Below are positions 13,031 through 25,496 of a DNA stretch of 64,000 bases, piece by piece. The stretch lies in the NCBI GenBank assembly GCA_001662655.1, contig KV460243.1; one strand, 5' to 3'. How positions within the stretch are numbered: the stretch's first letter is position 1; each line of letters starts with the position of its first letter. The DNA is from Pseudogymnoascus verrucosus (lineage: Eukaryota). Both the position numbers and the translations under genes were made by a program. The notes under the pieces were generated by a model, which was not told the DNA's origin, searched no databases, and was given only the letters and a program-made list of their open reading frames with translations.

Positions 13031-14340
13031 TCACCCTCCTCAAAATCCAAATCACGTGAACCACACACCTCTAAGATCTAGAATCCCCCCATCTATTAAA
13101 CCCAAAAGTCCCTCTTCCAATCATTTTCCCGCGCTTCACGCGCAATCCGCGCTCAATCTGTACCTGCCAGAAATCCCCCCAAGTAGACGAGTGTACCTGC
13201 AGATGAATTTTAGTGGAGTTCAGTGGATTTAGTGGACAAGATTACCCGAAATTACAGGAATTACTAGGCGATCGAAGCGCAACTTGGCTTAACTCGACCT
13301 AACTTAACTTCCGGGGTACTTGCATCTACCTCCGCTCGACTCCGCTCAAACTCCGCTCTTGGCTATCGCGGGACGGCGGATAAGTCGCCTGTTCCTCCGT
13401 CTTCCGCCCTCCTCTCTCTCCCCCAAAAGATTGAAAGATTGCCCCTCCACGTTGTCTGTCGTCTGTCGTTTGTCGTTTGCCTTCTAACCGCCCACTTAAC
13501 TTCTATTCTTCTATAAAATATATATTGATATATATATTAAGCATATACTGAGGATACATATATCTAAACAAACTTCTTACAACCCCCATACAACCCCCAT
13601 ACTCCTCTACCAACCATCGTCATCCAAAGTACCACCTCAACTCTTCAGCTGCCGTCCCATCTGCGCCCATCTGCACGCTATCTGCAAGCTCCTGCAGCCA
13701 AATCCACCCTCGTCTCACCCATACAGCCCGGTGCATTATTACCGCATTACCGCATTTACTTCTGCAGTAGTACGTGCAGAACACCGATTCTTTTCGAGCC
13801 GGCCATTGCCAAACAAGCCATCTAGCTATCTAGCCCTCCAGCCAGTCTAGCCAGTCTACTACCCAGCTAGCAGCTAGCCACCACCACCGCTCGGCCCACG
13901 CCAACACCAGAGCTCCCTCCCTCCATCGCGCACAAGCCCTCACAAACGCCAAACGCCCCCTCCCCCCCGCTCCTCATCGACCGTCCATTCTTGACATCGT
14001 CACCGAGATATCCACAGTTATAGTAGTTATAGACCCACGCCAGCTCGCTTGAACATCGTCCTGCAGGCTAGGGGTTGCTCCGGGCATCTGCGACAGCTCC
14101 CCCGAAGACCCTGAACCCGTCTACCACGTCTCTCTGTCTCTCCGTCGCCGCAGCTCCAGCGAAAAAACAGCAGTACCGGTCAGATCACCGCCGAGTAGCA
14201 ACCTCTCATATGAAGGAATCGTCAAACGCTGGAGACGAGCTCTAGTGGCGCTCCCCGCTTTCTGATAAAATCGAACTGCCGTCTAAGCCCGTTTCTGCAT
14301 CTTGTGCCAGTGGTCTAGGCGACAGTTAGAGAGCTCCAAG

Positions 14341-15495
14341 ATGTCAATCAAGTTCGTCCCGCCTTTTCTTTCTATTCCCGTTTCCCTTCATATTTGTATA
14401 TATGTACTGTACATACCATACCTGCAGGCCGCGACAGGGGCAGCGGGAAGGGAAGAAGAAGAGGACATGACATGTATATATCCCACCATGCCCATGTCGT
14501 GCCCTCCTACTTTGCCCTTGCCTGCGCGCACCGAAGCTTTATTTTCCCTCCTCCTTTCTTGTATCACGTTCTCGCGCCCCCCGTCCTCCCCGTCCTCCCC
14601 CTCCCCCCCGCATTATCACACGACATGCTCAAGTCAGCAACTGACCGTATGAAAAGCTGGGTGATGGTCTCACCTCAGTCGAGCGAACCCTTCGTCAAGC
14701 TCCCCAATGAACGAATCCTCTACCGTTCCCCCATCCGCACCTCTCTCACCCTCTCCTCCCCGCCAAACACACACTCCGCAACAGCACCCTGGTCCGTCTC
14801 CAGCGACGGCGGCGTCGCATACATCACCAACCAACGGGTAAACCCCCCCTCATCCCCTCCCCCACCTCACCCCCTCACCCCGCTAACCCCCCGCCCCTCC
14901 ACAGATAGTCTACATCCCCACCACCCCCTCCCCCACCCTAACCTCCTTCTCCTCCCCCATCCTCAACCTCCACGACACCTACGTCCGCGCCCCCTTCTTC
15001 GGCGCAAACTACTGGACCGCCTCCGTCCGCCCCGTCGCGGGAGGCGGCATCCCCCCCTCCCTCGCCCTCATCGACCTGCGCATGACCTTCCGCGAGGGCG
15101 GCGCCTTCGACTACCACAACGTCTTTGAGCTCATCAAGGAGCGGTTGCATCAGGCTGTGCAGGCGGCAAGGGATGCGGGGAGGAGTGTGGGAGGAGCCGG
15201 GGGGGGGATGGATCCGGGCGTGCTGCAGGGGTTGCATCTTGAGCAGCTGCCGGCTTATGAACCTGCTGCTGCTACGGCGGTAGCTCCGGGGACAGAGGCG
15301 GCAGCGGCGGATGAAGTGAGGAGAGCGTCAGTGGTTGATGGACAGACGACGGCGGAACCAGAAAGCGCGGCTGCGCAACAGCCGGATGAGCCGCCGCCGG
15401 GGTATGAGGAGGCGCAGGCGCAGGCGGTGGGGATTGATCTCGATCAGCGGCTGAGGCGGCGCGCGGAGTTTGGAAGGGATAGTGGGGATGAGTAG
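14341..15495 (+). CDS. WBP2-like (WW-domain binding, PH-GRAM) protein with PY-type motifs
   Basis: 11-nt first coding exon ATGTCAATCAA, intron about 14352-14656, giving MSINWVM...; then YITNQR|IVY, APFFGANYW, TFREGGAFDY, LPAY and PPPGYEE. Second intron about 14838-14904. Confidence 0.88.
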
Positions 15496-16400
15496 GGGTG
15501 GTGGGGTGGGGTGGGATTGTTTACTTGATGAGAATGGAGTGAAAGGGATGGAGATGGAGGACTTGGCTTGGCTTTGTGGTGCCGGTCTGGGAGAATGCAC
15601 AGATGGAATGTGAGAGGAGGTGTCTAAGCATCTGCCCTCCTGCTCCTGCGATGAGAAGTTGTACATGGTAATGTTACCATGTGTACCTTCTACAAAACCA
15701 CGAGATGGGCTGCCCAAGAGGGAACAAAAAGGAGCAATTTTTATAGAAACCTGAGCGAGCCGCCGCCAACTTTTTACCCACTTTCACGTTGGAGAAGGAG
15801 AGCCGGCTTTACGGCGAAGTAGATAGATTCGGATTATTAGGTGGCATAGCGTAGCATTACGAAAGATACCCGTCATTAATAACAAACATGCGATCTAACT
15901 TTCCCATCACCGTTCTATTAAGGGCAAGAGATCTATATACCTAGCAGCTATACTATATAGACAATAGCGGTGGCGGTAGTCTAGCAACGACGAACCAAGT
16001 ATTACAAACCCTACTAATAGTAAAACCATCAGGCAAATAAATCTTTACCAACGTCGTGCCTACATATATAGATCTTTTGCCCCCTTCCATCAATTGTCCA
16101 AAACTCCTTCATAATCCGCAAATCAATATTTCCCAGTCCAGCATCAATCATCCAAGCTCCCCTCCCTCCCGCCAAACCCAAACCACCAAACCATCGGCAT
16201 ACCTCGGACAAAAAAGCCCACCCATCACGTGATAACCAACCAATCACAACACTCGCAACTCAATCGACACATCCATCCGAGCTTCTGTTTTCCTCATCGT
16301 GGACCCGAACTGCATCATTCCGAGCACAGCACACCCACTCTCTGTCAATTGCAACCCCCGACCGACCGGCACGCATATTTAGCGATCACTCGATTTCATA

Positions 16401-17284
16401 ATGGGATTCTGGGACTTTGTGGAGGCGGCTACGCCGTGGAGCACTGTGGAGGCTGAGGCGCCGGCGAAGGAGGAGGAGGTATGTACTTTTGTTTCGTTTC
16501 CTTGGGGATTGGGGATTGGGGATTGGGCGGGATGAAGGCAGATGGATGGAGGAGGAATGGGGATATGACGAGCTGGGAGGGGGGGATGCGATGAGCTGGA
16601 CGGAGAGGCGATTGGGGGGATGGGGGGATGATGCCTCGATTGACCAACACGACCCGGAAGAAAGTTGCTGACCACCGCATAACAGGAGACCTCTACCACC
16701 GAGAAGACCGAGGAGTCCACCGAGGACGCTCCCGCTGAGGAGGAGGAGGAGGAGGAAGAGGAGGAGGATATCGTTGACCCCAAGGACACTCTTGAGGCGG
16801 GTGCGTAACCCCCCCGACTATACCCGCACAACATCATACCCAAGCCCGCCATTCAAACAGCTACCTGGTAGTGGCAGTTCTATACCGATAGAGTTGAGTG
16901 GATGGCGGGAATGGGTATTGGCGTGCAATTGGATAAGAGGAGATGATGACAGCCGCTGACGAATAAACAGAGTGCAGAGAGGCCAAGGAGTGCTCCGCAC
17001 CCAAGCACCACTACGACGACTGCGTTGCGCGCGTTACTGCTGCAGAGGATAATGGAGGCTCGAAGGAGGACTGTGTCGAGGAGTGTAAGTTTTTCTCGTC
17101 TGTTCTTTCTGTTTGAGGATTGTTGGTCTGGGGATGGGAGGGTGCTGAGGGGATGGGGCGGATGGATGGAGAGACATGATGGCACGATGAAAGGTTGACG
17201 GCTGCTAACATAACTGCAGTCTTCCACCTCGCTCACTGCGCCACTGCCTGCGCGGCCCCCAAGCTGTGGGCTCAGCTTAAGTAG
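16401..17284 (+). CDS. qcr6: Cytochrome b-c1 complex hinge subunit 6
   Basis: Four exons give MGFWDFVEAATPW...poly-Glu...DPKDTLEAECREAKECSAPKHHYDDCVARV...EDCVEEFFHLAHCATACAAPKLWAQLK. Confidence 0.95.
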
Positions 17285-17490
17285 AATGTCGGCGCGTGAT
17301 ATATACATGTCATAGAGGGCACGACGGGAAGAGAGAGTTGATGGGGATGATGAGGATGGGGATGAGAAGTGTATAGATGGCATGAGATGAGTGGATAGAT
17401 TTTGATTTGAGACAATTGTACCATACGTTGCCGCTACTCGCTTGTTTTGTTAGTATTGTTGTGTTGTTTTGTGAATGTGCTGGGCTGGGT

Positions 17491-17814
17491 TGTGACGGGG
17501 AATTATTAACTGGCAGGCACGACTCGTTGATGGAGTTATTGATGGGGACAAAGGGAAGGCGCGATGACAGTTGCTCAAGTGGCAAGCACGACCTATCGAT
17601 GGGCGCAAGGGGAAGGCGCGACGGTAACATTTCAACTGGCAGGCACGACCTGTCGACGAAATTATCGAAGGGCTCAAGGGGACGGCACGACGGCAACTCT
17701 TCAAACGGCAGGCATGACCCGCGGGCGAAATTATTAACGGGCTTAAAGGGAAGGCGCGGCGGCAGCTGCTCAACCGGCAGGCACGACCCGTCGAGGGAAT
17801 TGTCAACGGTCACA
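17491..17814. repeat. Degenerate 69-bp tandem array (about 4.5 units) bounded by TGTGAC...GTCACA
   Basis: Core GGCARGCAYGAC starts at 17512, 17581, 17638, 17707 and 17776 (spacings 69, 57, 69, 69). Confidence 0.85.
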
Positions 17815-17926
17815 AGAAGAAGGAGCGACGGCTGGAAGGCCGCCTATTCCATATCGGTAACAGTTTCCACAGGTATGTATTCCGTATATGCTAAACTATA
17901 GCCTATAATATATACTCCCACCACCC

Positions 17927-18882
17927 CTAAACGCTTGGCAGAATAAACTTCCCCGCCGCAATCGCCGCCTTGATCGCCTTATCCTCCACCGTATACGTCC
18001 TGAACTCCTTCCCCAGCTTCCCAAGAAGCCCACTCACCAAGTTCCCGAAAACCACACTCCCTGCCGCATTAAGGTGCGTGAAGTCCCCCTCAACAAGGTT
18101 ATACTTCGTCGCATCTGCCAATCCGATGGCCTCGAGGTACGCCACGCTGCCTTTGTTGAGATCAATGTATTGGGCGCTGATAGCCTTGGCTGCGACGATG
18201 GTGGCGGCGACTTGGTCGGCGAGGTTGAGGATGATCTTGCCGTTGGCGTCGTAGTTGCGGCGGCTGAGGGGGGTGACGAAGACCTGGGCGGAGTGTTAAT
18301 GAGGAGTGGTCGTCGGGGGGGGGGGATGAGAGGAGTGAAGGGAAAGGGGACATACGGGTTCTCCGCCTGCAGCACGGACTTGGTTGCCTAGGTTCTGGAG
18401 GTTGGCGGTGAATTGCGCGACGGAGATGTTGGCTGCTGCCTTCTGGTCGTTGTGGCCGAACTATACGGTGTTAGCGGCGTGGATGATGGGTGGCGCCCAG
18501 CAATGGGGTGGAAAGCATACCTGAATCGTCACGTAGGTGTCATACTTGGACGCCTTGGACTTCACATCGGCGATGACATTGGCCCAGTCACCTCCATCCA
18601 CGAAGCTGACGGTAGTCCGCCCATTGTGGCCGTAGTTGGTGCCGACAGCGCCGTTAGTGAGGGTGGCTAGGAAGCCAGTTCCCCATCCTAGGACAGTTAG
18701 CCAGGGCCACCGAGAATTTGGAGGGAATGCATACCTCCTCCGCCTGTGGACTGGACGGCTGTGGTGGAATCACCAGCTAGGAGAAATGCAGCGGGCTTGT
18801 CGGCGCGGCATCTCGTCGGTGACGCTGAGACGAGAGAGCCGGCGAGGAGCGCCAAGGACGAGAGGACGGATGAAGCTTTCAT
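17927..18882 (-). CDS. Secreted SGNH/GDSL esterase, carbohydrate esterase family 12 (rhamnogalacturonan acetylesterase-like)
   Basis: Signal peptide MKASSVLSSLALLAG, FLLAGDSTTA, GWGTGF, NYGHNGRTT, IQFGHNDQK and DFTHLN. Three introns. Confidence 0.9.
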
Positions 18883-19729
18883 TTTGGTGGGGTAAAACGG
18901 TAAAACGGTAAACGGCGGTGTTAAGGTTAAAAGTTAAAGAGATGCGGATATCTTACACTTCTAAAAAGGAGAGCATATTCGTGCCTCGAACCTACTGGCA
19001 TGTCTATATATGTACGTTTGTATAATCTGAACTATATGACATATCTGTATAATATCTGTGGATATTGGGTGGTGGATACGAGCGCATCGTAACGACGGAC
19101 ATGCTGAAATGTTTTCCCGTTTGCAATATCGCCGACGGAGGAACGGTGGTCGGATGAACGGAATGGGCTAAGGAGTATCTCTGGGCGAAGAGACATGCAA
19201 GCACAGTCTGTCGCTGCTGCTATTTTTCATATACCGGGGTACCGGCTGTCATTAGAGTAGATGAAGGCTAAGTTAGATCATCGCCGTCATCAACCATCGC
19301 CAGAGTCTCCCCCGCGTTCATCACCGTCACTAGAGTCCCCCGCGTTTCATTACCCCACAAACACCATTCTCGAAGATCTCGGCGCGAGATCTACCGACTT
19401 CCTCTCCCCCGTCGATCCCCCATCATCTCGCCTTGGCCTGACCGACATTTACATGCCTCTTAATATCCTTAGTGCTGCGCAAACCTGGTCAATCAATCCT
19501 TCTGATTGCTGGAAATTGGAATATATTGCAAGATATGCAGGTGAGTTGGGCGGGGGAGGTCGCCCTACGACCTTTCGGGTGCGATCGCCGCGATTTGAGT
19601 TCGTGCCTTGGGGAAGCTTGGTATATAGCTATATGGCTTGTTCATGTTTCGAGGGTGTGCTGATCAGTAACTTGTACGGCTTCCTGAGACGAAAGTGCAG
19701 GAGCCATTGGTCTGCTGTTTTGCTGGAAA

Positions 19730-22700
19730 ATGCATCTTTTTAAGCTCTTCGTTGGCCTGTTCGCCCTGCTGTGGACTGCACATGCCACGGACAATGGACT
19801 GCAGAAAATCGTCGAATGGGATGGATACAGTCTTATGATCAATGGGAAGAGGGAGTTTATCTAGTAAATATGCTGCAAGAAATTGTTTCAGATTAAAGGT
19901 TACTGACATGGCGTTATAGTTCGGCTGAGTTTCACTACCAGCGCATGCCTGTGCCTGAGATATGGCTTGTGAGTTCCTGCATCATGATGACTGACCGACA
20001 ATAAGCTTATAGAAAACTAGGACATCCTCCAGAAGCTGCGCGCTAATGGCTTTAATACTGTCAGGTATGACATTTTGCCTTGAGTATTTGCCTCTAAGAC
20101 TGACAAATTTAGCCTGTACTTCTTCTGGAGCTACCATTCCGCCTCCAGAGATGTTTACGACTTTGAGACATCCGGCAAGAACGTCCAGAGATTGCTTGAC
20201 TACTGTAAAGAGGCTGGGCTCTATGTCATTGCAAGATCCGGCCCTTATATCAATGCTGAAACCAATGGCGGCGGTTTCGCATTGTGGGGGTCTGATGGGA
20301 GCATGGGGAACCTGCGTACATCAGATGAGACCTACCACCAGGCTTGGCTTCCATGGGTCGCCAAGATGGGTAAGATTATTGCAGACAACGAGATCACCAA
20401 AGGTGGTGTAAGTATAACTCGAATCCTGGCATGAAGACATCTTGCTGACGCATATGCAGCCGGTTATTTTGAACCAGCTCGAAAACGAACTCCAAGAGAC
20501 ATCACATGTGGCCACTGCTTCGGCCGTGGTTTACATGGAACAGCTCAAGAAAGCTTTCCTTGATGCAGGAGTCACTGTGCCGTCTTCGCACAATGAGAAG
20601 GGACAGCGCTCGATGTCGTGGTCTACGGATTACCAGGACGTTGGTGGATCTGTTAACGTCTATGGTCTCGATTCTTACCCTGGTGGAACATCCTGCACCA
20701 ATATAAACTCTGGCTACAATGTAGTCCGCAATTACTACCAGTGGTTTTCAAACTACTCCTACACGCAGCCAAGTTACGTCCCCGAGTTTGAGGGTGGATG
20801 GTTCAGCCCCTGGGGAGGCAAATTCTACGATGAGTGCCTTGCAGAGCACAGCCCAGAGTTCGCGGATATTTACTACAAGAATAATGTTGGACAGCGGATT
20901 ACTATGCAGAATCTGTACATGACTTGGGGAGGAACCAACTGGGTAGGCGTCATTCATCTCTGATAGCAAAGACTCTGGCTAATGATAAACAGGGACACTC
21001 TGCGGCTCCGGTCGTGTATACGTCTTATGATTATTCCGCACCGCTGAGAGAGACTCGCCAGCAATGGGACAAACTGTACCAAACCAAGCTTCTCGGGCTC
21101 TTCACTCGGGTTTCAAAGGACCTGTTGAAAACTTACATGGTTGGAAATGGCACTGGATGGAGCGTAAGCCAATATCATATCCCATATTATATGGACTTGA
21201 TGAACTGACTCATATTAGGTATCGACGGATGCTATCTGGACGTGGCAACTGGCAAATCCCGATACTAAGGCAGGATTCTACGTCGTCCAGCACGCCGCCA
21301 CGAATTCTAGGAACAATGAAACTTTCAGTATTGATCTCACTACCTCGAAAGGGAACGTCTCTGTCCCTAATGTTAGTCTTACGGGCCGCCAGTCTAAGCT
21401 TATAGTGACCGATTACACATTTGGAAAGCACGCTCTTTTGTACTCTACTGCCGAAGTTCTTACATACGGCGTCTTCGACGTTGATGTATTGGTATTTTAC
21501 CTCAGAGAGGGCGACATTGGGCAGTTTGCATTCAAGGGTATGCCGGCTCACTTGACCTACAAGGTCTACGGCAAATCGAAACTCACATCTGCAACCACTG
21601 ATGGAACTACGGCATACACTTACACACAAGGGCCGGGCACATCAGTCGTGAAGTTCAGCGACGGCACTATTGTGTATCTGCTTGAACTGTGGACCGCGTG
21701 GCAATTCTGGGCACCGTCAACATCCAAGAACCCAACCGTGGAGGCAGACAAGCAGGTGTTCGTCATTGGACCGTACCTTGCACGAAGCGCCTACGTCCAA
21801 CACGGAGATGTTTTCGTGTCAGGAGACAGTAACTCCACCACCACTCTCGAGGTCTACGCTGGGAGCTCTGTAAGGAACATTGTCTGGAATGGGAAGCGGC
21901 TGCCAACCACGAAGACAGCCTGGGGGTCAGTTACAGCCAAAATCGCTGGTACAGAGCATCGCCATATCTCCTTACCTGAGTTCAAGAACTGGAGATCTGC
22001 CGACTCTCTGCCAGAGATCAACCCAGATTATGATGACTCGAAGTGGGTTGTCTGCGATAAACAGACTACGTTGAGCCCTGTTGCCCCCACGACACTGCCA
22101 GTTCTATTTGCTAGCGATTACGGTTTCTACGCTGGAGCGAAGGTCTACCGCGGTTACTTCGACGGCACCAGCGCCACGTTTGTTAACCTGACAACATCAG
22201 GCGGTTTCGCATTTGGATTCAACGCCTGGCTCAACGGTAAGCTCATCGGCGGCCACGGTGGTGATCCCGCCCAGAGCAACCTTATCAGCCAGCTCAGCTT
22301 TGCCAACGCCACTCTCCGCGCTACTAACAATGTCCTCGTCGTCCTGGTCGATTACCACGGCCACGACGAAACCTCCACCGCAAAGGGCGTCGAGAATCCC
22401 CGCGGCATCCTCGGCGCCTCCCTCTCCACAGGCCCCTTTAAGACCTGGAAAATCCAGGGTAATGCTGGCGGTCCCGCTAACATTGATCCTGTTCGTGGTC
22501 CCATGAACGAGGGCGGCCTCTACGCTGAGCGCCTCGGCTGGCATCTTCCTGGCTTCGACGTCTCGAAGTGGTCTCGCAGCGACGGACCTACTACGGGACT
22601 GGCCAAGTCAGGCGTTCAGTTCTACGTCACTACTTTCCGCCTTGCCATCGATGCTGACCTCGATGCTCCGCTGGGCATTGAGTTCAGCGCGCCAGCTGGC

Positions 22701-22979
22701 ACGGTTGCCCGTCTGATGTTCTGGATCAACGGGTACCAGTTCGGCAAGGCTGTGTTCCATATTGGCCCGCAGCTGCGCTTCCCAGTTCCCCCTGGAATCA
22801 TCAACAACCGTGGAGAAAATACATTGACGATTAGCTTGTGGGCACAGACTGATGAGGGAGCGAAAGTGAGCGAGGTTAAGCTGATTAATTATGGGCTGTA
22901 CCAGACAGACTTCGAGTTTAATGCTGATTGGAAGTATTTGCAGCCGAAGTATGTCGGAGGGAGAGAAAAGTATGCCTGA
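19730..22979 (+). CDS. Secreted fungal multidomain GH35 beta-galactosidase
   Basis: MHLFKLFVGLFALLWTAHATDNGLQKIVEWD..., SAEFHYQR, IARSGPYINAETNGGG, NQLENE (acid/base), PEFEGGW (nucleophile), YTSYDYSAP, RGPMNEGGLYAER. About six introns. Confidence 0.95.
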
Positions 22980-23296
22980 GAGGGCCAAGGGAAGATGTGG
23001 GTGGTAGTTATTATTCATATATTGGATTAATTCTTATATAGAGGAAAATAATAATATGGGATTTCTACCGGATTTATATGGTTTACTTTGGGGAGAGACA
23101 TTCAACAGTTGCTGTATGGATGGCCGATAATAAATCTGCCATTTGTTAAATAGTCCGGTACAATTCATATCCTAACTATGATCTGCAAATTCGACATATG
23201 CCGAGTGGTATAGAAACGGATAATCAAACCCCAACAGCAAATCCAACCTGCTCGCAGCCTCACATCACCACAGCAAGCATCCAAGAACCCCCCTCA

Positions 23297-24553
23297 TCAC
23301 TTCTCCTTATTCCACTCCTTCCCACTCCACAAACCTCCCACAGTCCACAACCAATAATCCCGTCCCTTAATCAACCAAATCATGAAACTGGGAAACTCGT
23401 ACCCCATAGCCGCCCCAACTCCTTTACTCGTTCCAATGGGCACCAACTGCGTCTCGCGTTTGTCAGCAACATACACCCTGTCGTCTCCGACCGCCGTCTC
23501 GGCCACCCCGGCATCGAGAAGGAGGTCCCGCTTGATATTGGCACCGAGAATGGGGATCGCGGCGAGCGTGAGATGGATCGCGGGACGCGAATAAGACGCC
23601 ACGTCTCCAATGGCGTAGACCCTTGACCCAGCTCCGTCAACCCTCAGCGTCGCGGCATTAGTTTCGACGCGACCATCCGCAGTCAGCAGCGACTTATCAA
23701 CAAAATCGGTATTTGGCTGCGTTCCGACTGCAGGGATATACAGATCAGCCTCCAGCGTCGTCCCGTCCGCAAGCGTCACCGTCGCCTTGGAACCCACGCT
23801 CTCCGTTCCAGCACCCTCGGGGACTACGCCCGCGACGCGGGTGTTCTTGACGACTGTTACCCCAACCTGGGCGAGGAGCCCCTCAGCCTTCGTCGCAATG
23901 GACTTGCGCAGGACAGGAAGGATCTGCGCCGCGGATGTCACGAGCGTGATCTTTACCTTTGGGTTCTCAAGCTTGGAACTAAACCACCCCGCGCGTCCAT
24001 TGAGGTACTCCCCCAACTCGCCAGCGGTCTCGACACCAGAAGGTCCACCACCTGCAATGACGATAGACTTCGCCGTCGCAAGAGACTCGCGGAATTCGGC
24101 CCAGCGCGCGCGCAGGAAGATGTCATCGCGGTTTAGTCCGAAGAGAGGCGAGGTGGTGGTGGCGCCGGTAGCGAGGACGAGGGAGTGGAAGGTGAGAGTT
24201 TCAGTTCCGCCTGCTGAGAGGGAGACGGAGACGGAGCGGCTCGTGTGGTCAACACCTGTGGCTTTGCCGTGGAGGAAGCGAAAATTGACAGTGGGGTATT
24301 GCGCGAATACCTCGGGGATGTTGACGAAGACTTTGGAGATGGGGAGGAGGTCGTCGGAGATTAGGACGCGGGGACAGGCTGGGCGGCACATGGTTTGCTC
24401 GGAGGGACTGATGAGGATAATTTGGTAGGAGGCGGGCGAGGGTAGCTTGGGGATGGCATGCTTGAGAAGGTAGTGGGCGATTGAGACGCCGCCGTAGGAA
24501 CCGCCGAGGACGACGATGTGCTTCTGAGCTGCTGGAGGGCTAGTTTGCGCCAT
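23297..24553 (-). CDS. FAD/NAD(P)-dependent oxidoreductase, AIF/AMID (FSP1)-like
   Basis: IVVLGGSYGG, LVLATG, IVIAGGGPSGVETAGE, VYAIGD and WLIKGRDY. Intronless; likely ATG at 24553. Confidence 0.9.
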   Translation of the reverse strand: MAQTSPPAAQKHIVVLGGSYGGVSIAHYLLKHAIPKLPSPASYQIILISPSEQTMCRPACPRVLISDDLLPISKVFVNIPEVFAQYPTVNFRFLHGKATGVDHTSRSVSVSLSAGGTETLTFHSLVLATGATTTSPLFGLNRDDIFLRARWAEFRESLATAKSIVIAGGGPSGVETAGELGEYLNGRAGWFSSKLENPKVKITLVTSAAQILPVLRKSIATKAEGLLAQVGVTVVKNTRVAGVVPEGAGTESVGSKATVTLADGTTLEADLYIPAVGTQPNTDFVDKSLLTADGRVETNAATLRVDGAGSRVYAIGDVASYSRPAIHLTLAAIPILGANIKRDLLLDAGVAETAVGDDRVYVADKRETQLVPIGTSKGVGAAMGYEFPSFMIWLIKGRDYWLWTVGGLWSGKEWNKEK

Positions 24554-25496
24554 TGTGGTGGTGCGATACAATTGATAAGAGATAATGAGGTGGTTAGGCA
24601 AGAATGGAGACTGTAGGAAGAGGCGCGATAATGATGGCTGTTGAGGCGATTTATCCTTTGTAGCACTGTATCGAGCGATTGTGATACCGATTGTGAAACT
24701 CCAGTTATGTATCCTGGATTCCTCACAAGAACGTCAACAGAAACGAAGAAACAGGGGAGGAAGCCGTATCTTTTAAAGGTAAAAACATGTAAATAAAGAC
24801 AACAACATCGCCGTCAGCTTGCTTTGCTATTAGATGCTTGGATACATGCGTTGCTCGCCGGCTTCGTCATCGGTGCCGCCTCAAAATATGCATAAGGTTG
24901 CGGAATGCATGCATGAAATGGGAAATGTGATATTTTATGAAGATCCGATTGGTGTTAGTGCTTATGTACTGCGGATAGTGCAGGGTTCCTTGTCATTTTG
25001 GGGTCCATGTCGCCCCTTTAGTTGGTCTAGACTGCTTGGCAACATATAATGCCGAAGGAGCGAAAGGCCGAAGTGTGATATTGGGCCATCAGAGAATATT
25101 TCCATCGAGATGTGTATACACTATTTGTATATATGTATTCCATAGACCGTACGTACATAGCTGACCACGCCCAAGTGGCCGCAAGCTGGTGTGGCCCGTG
25201 CCAATATCAACGCAAGATGTCGGAGGATTTGTGGCGAAAGGTTGGCCATGACGATTAATCGTTTACTATTTGTATCATGGCATTGCTTGTCGTGGCGGAA
25301 GTACATTTTAAACTGAGTTTTCAAAGCCATAAAAGAATTTATTGGGTTTTTCAGAACGTTATGAAAGAAGTGTAAAGTATAAATTGGTTAAAGATCTTAA
25401 AACCTCGAAGTGAACACTATCATCTTACCCCATCGCCCCTTGTCTTTAAGTTGAATTTAAACAACACGGCTAACCATGCTCATTGATCTTAAATAT

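Noticed and set aside
17491..17814. CRISPR-like repeat/spacer array
   Set aside because: The intervening segments are homologous to each other, the repeats are degenerate, there are no cas genes and the host is a eukaryote.
17407..17901. Signal peptide plus GRR repeats as a KEP/RiPP precursor
   Set aside because: The ORF begins at TTG in GT-rich qcr6 3' sequence, and no DUF3328-type tailoring gene is in the window. Kept only as a minor alternative in the repeat finding.
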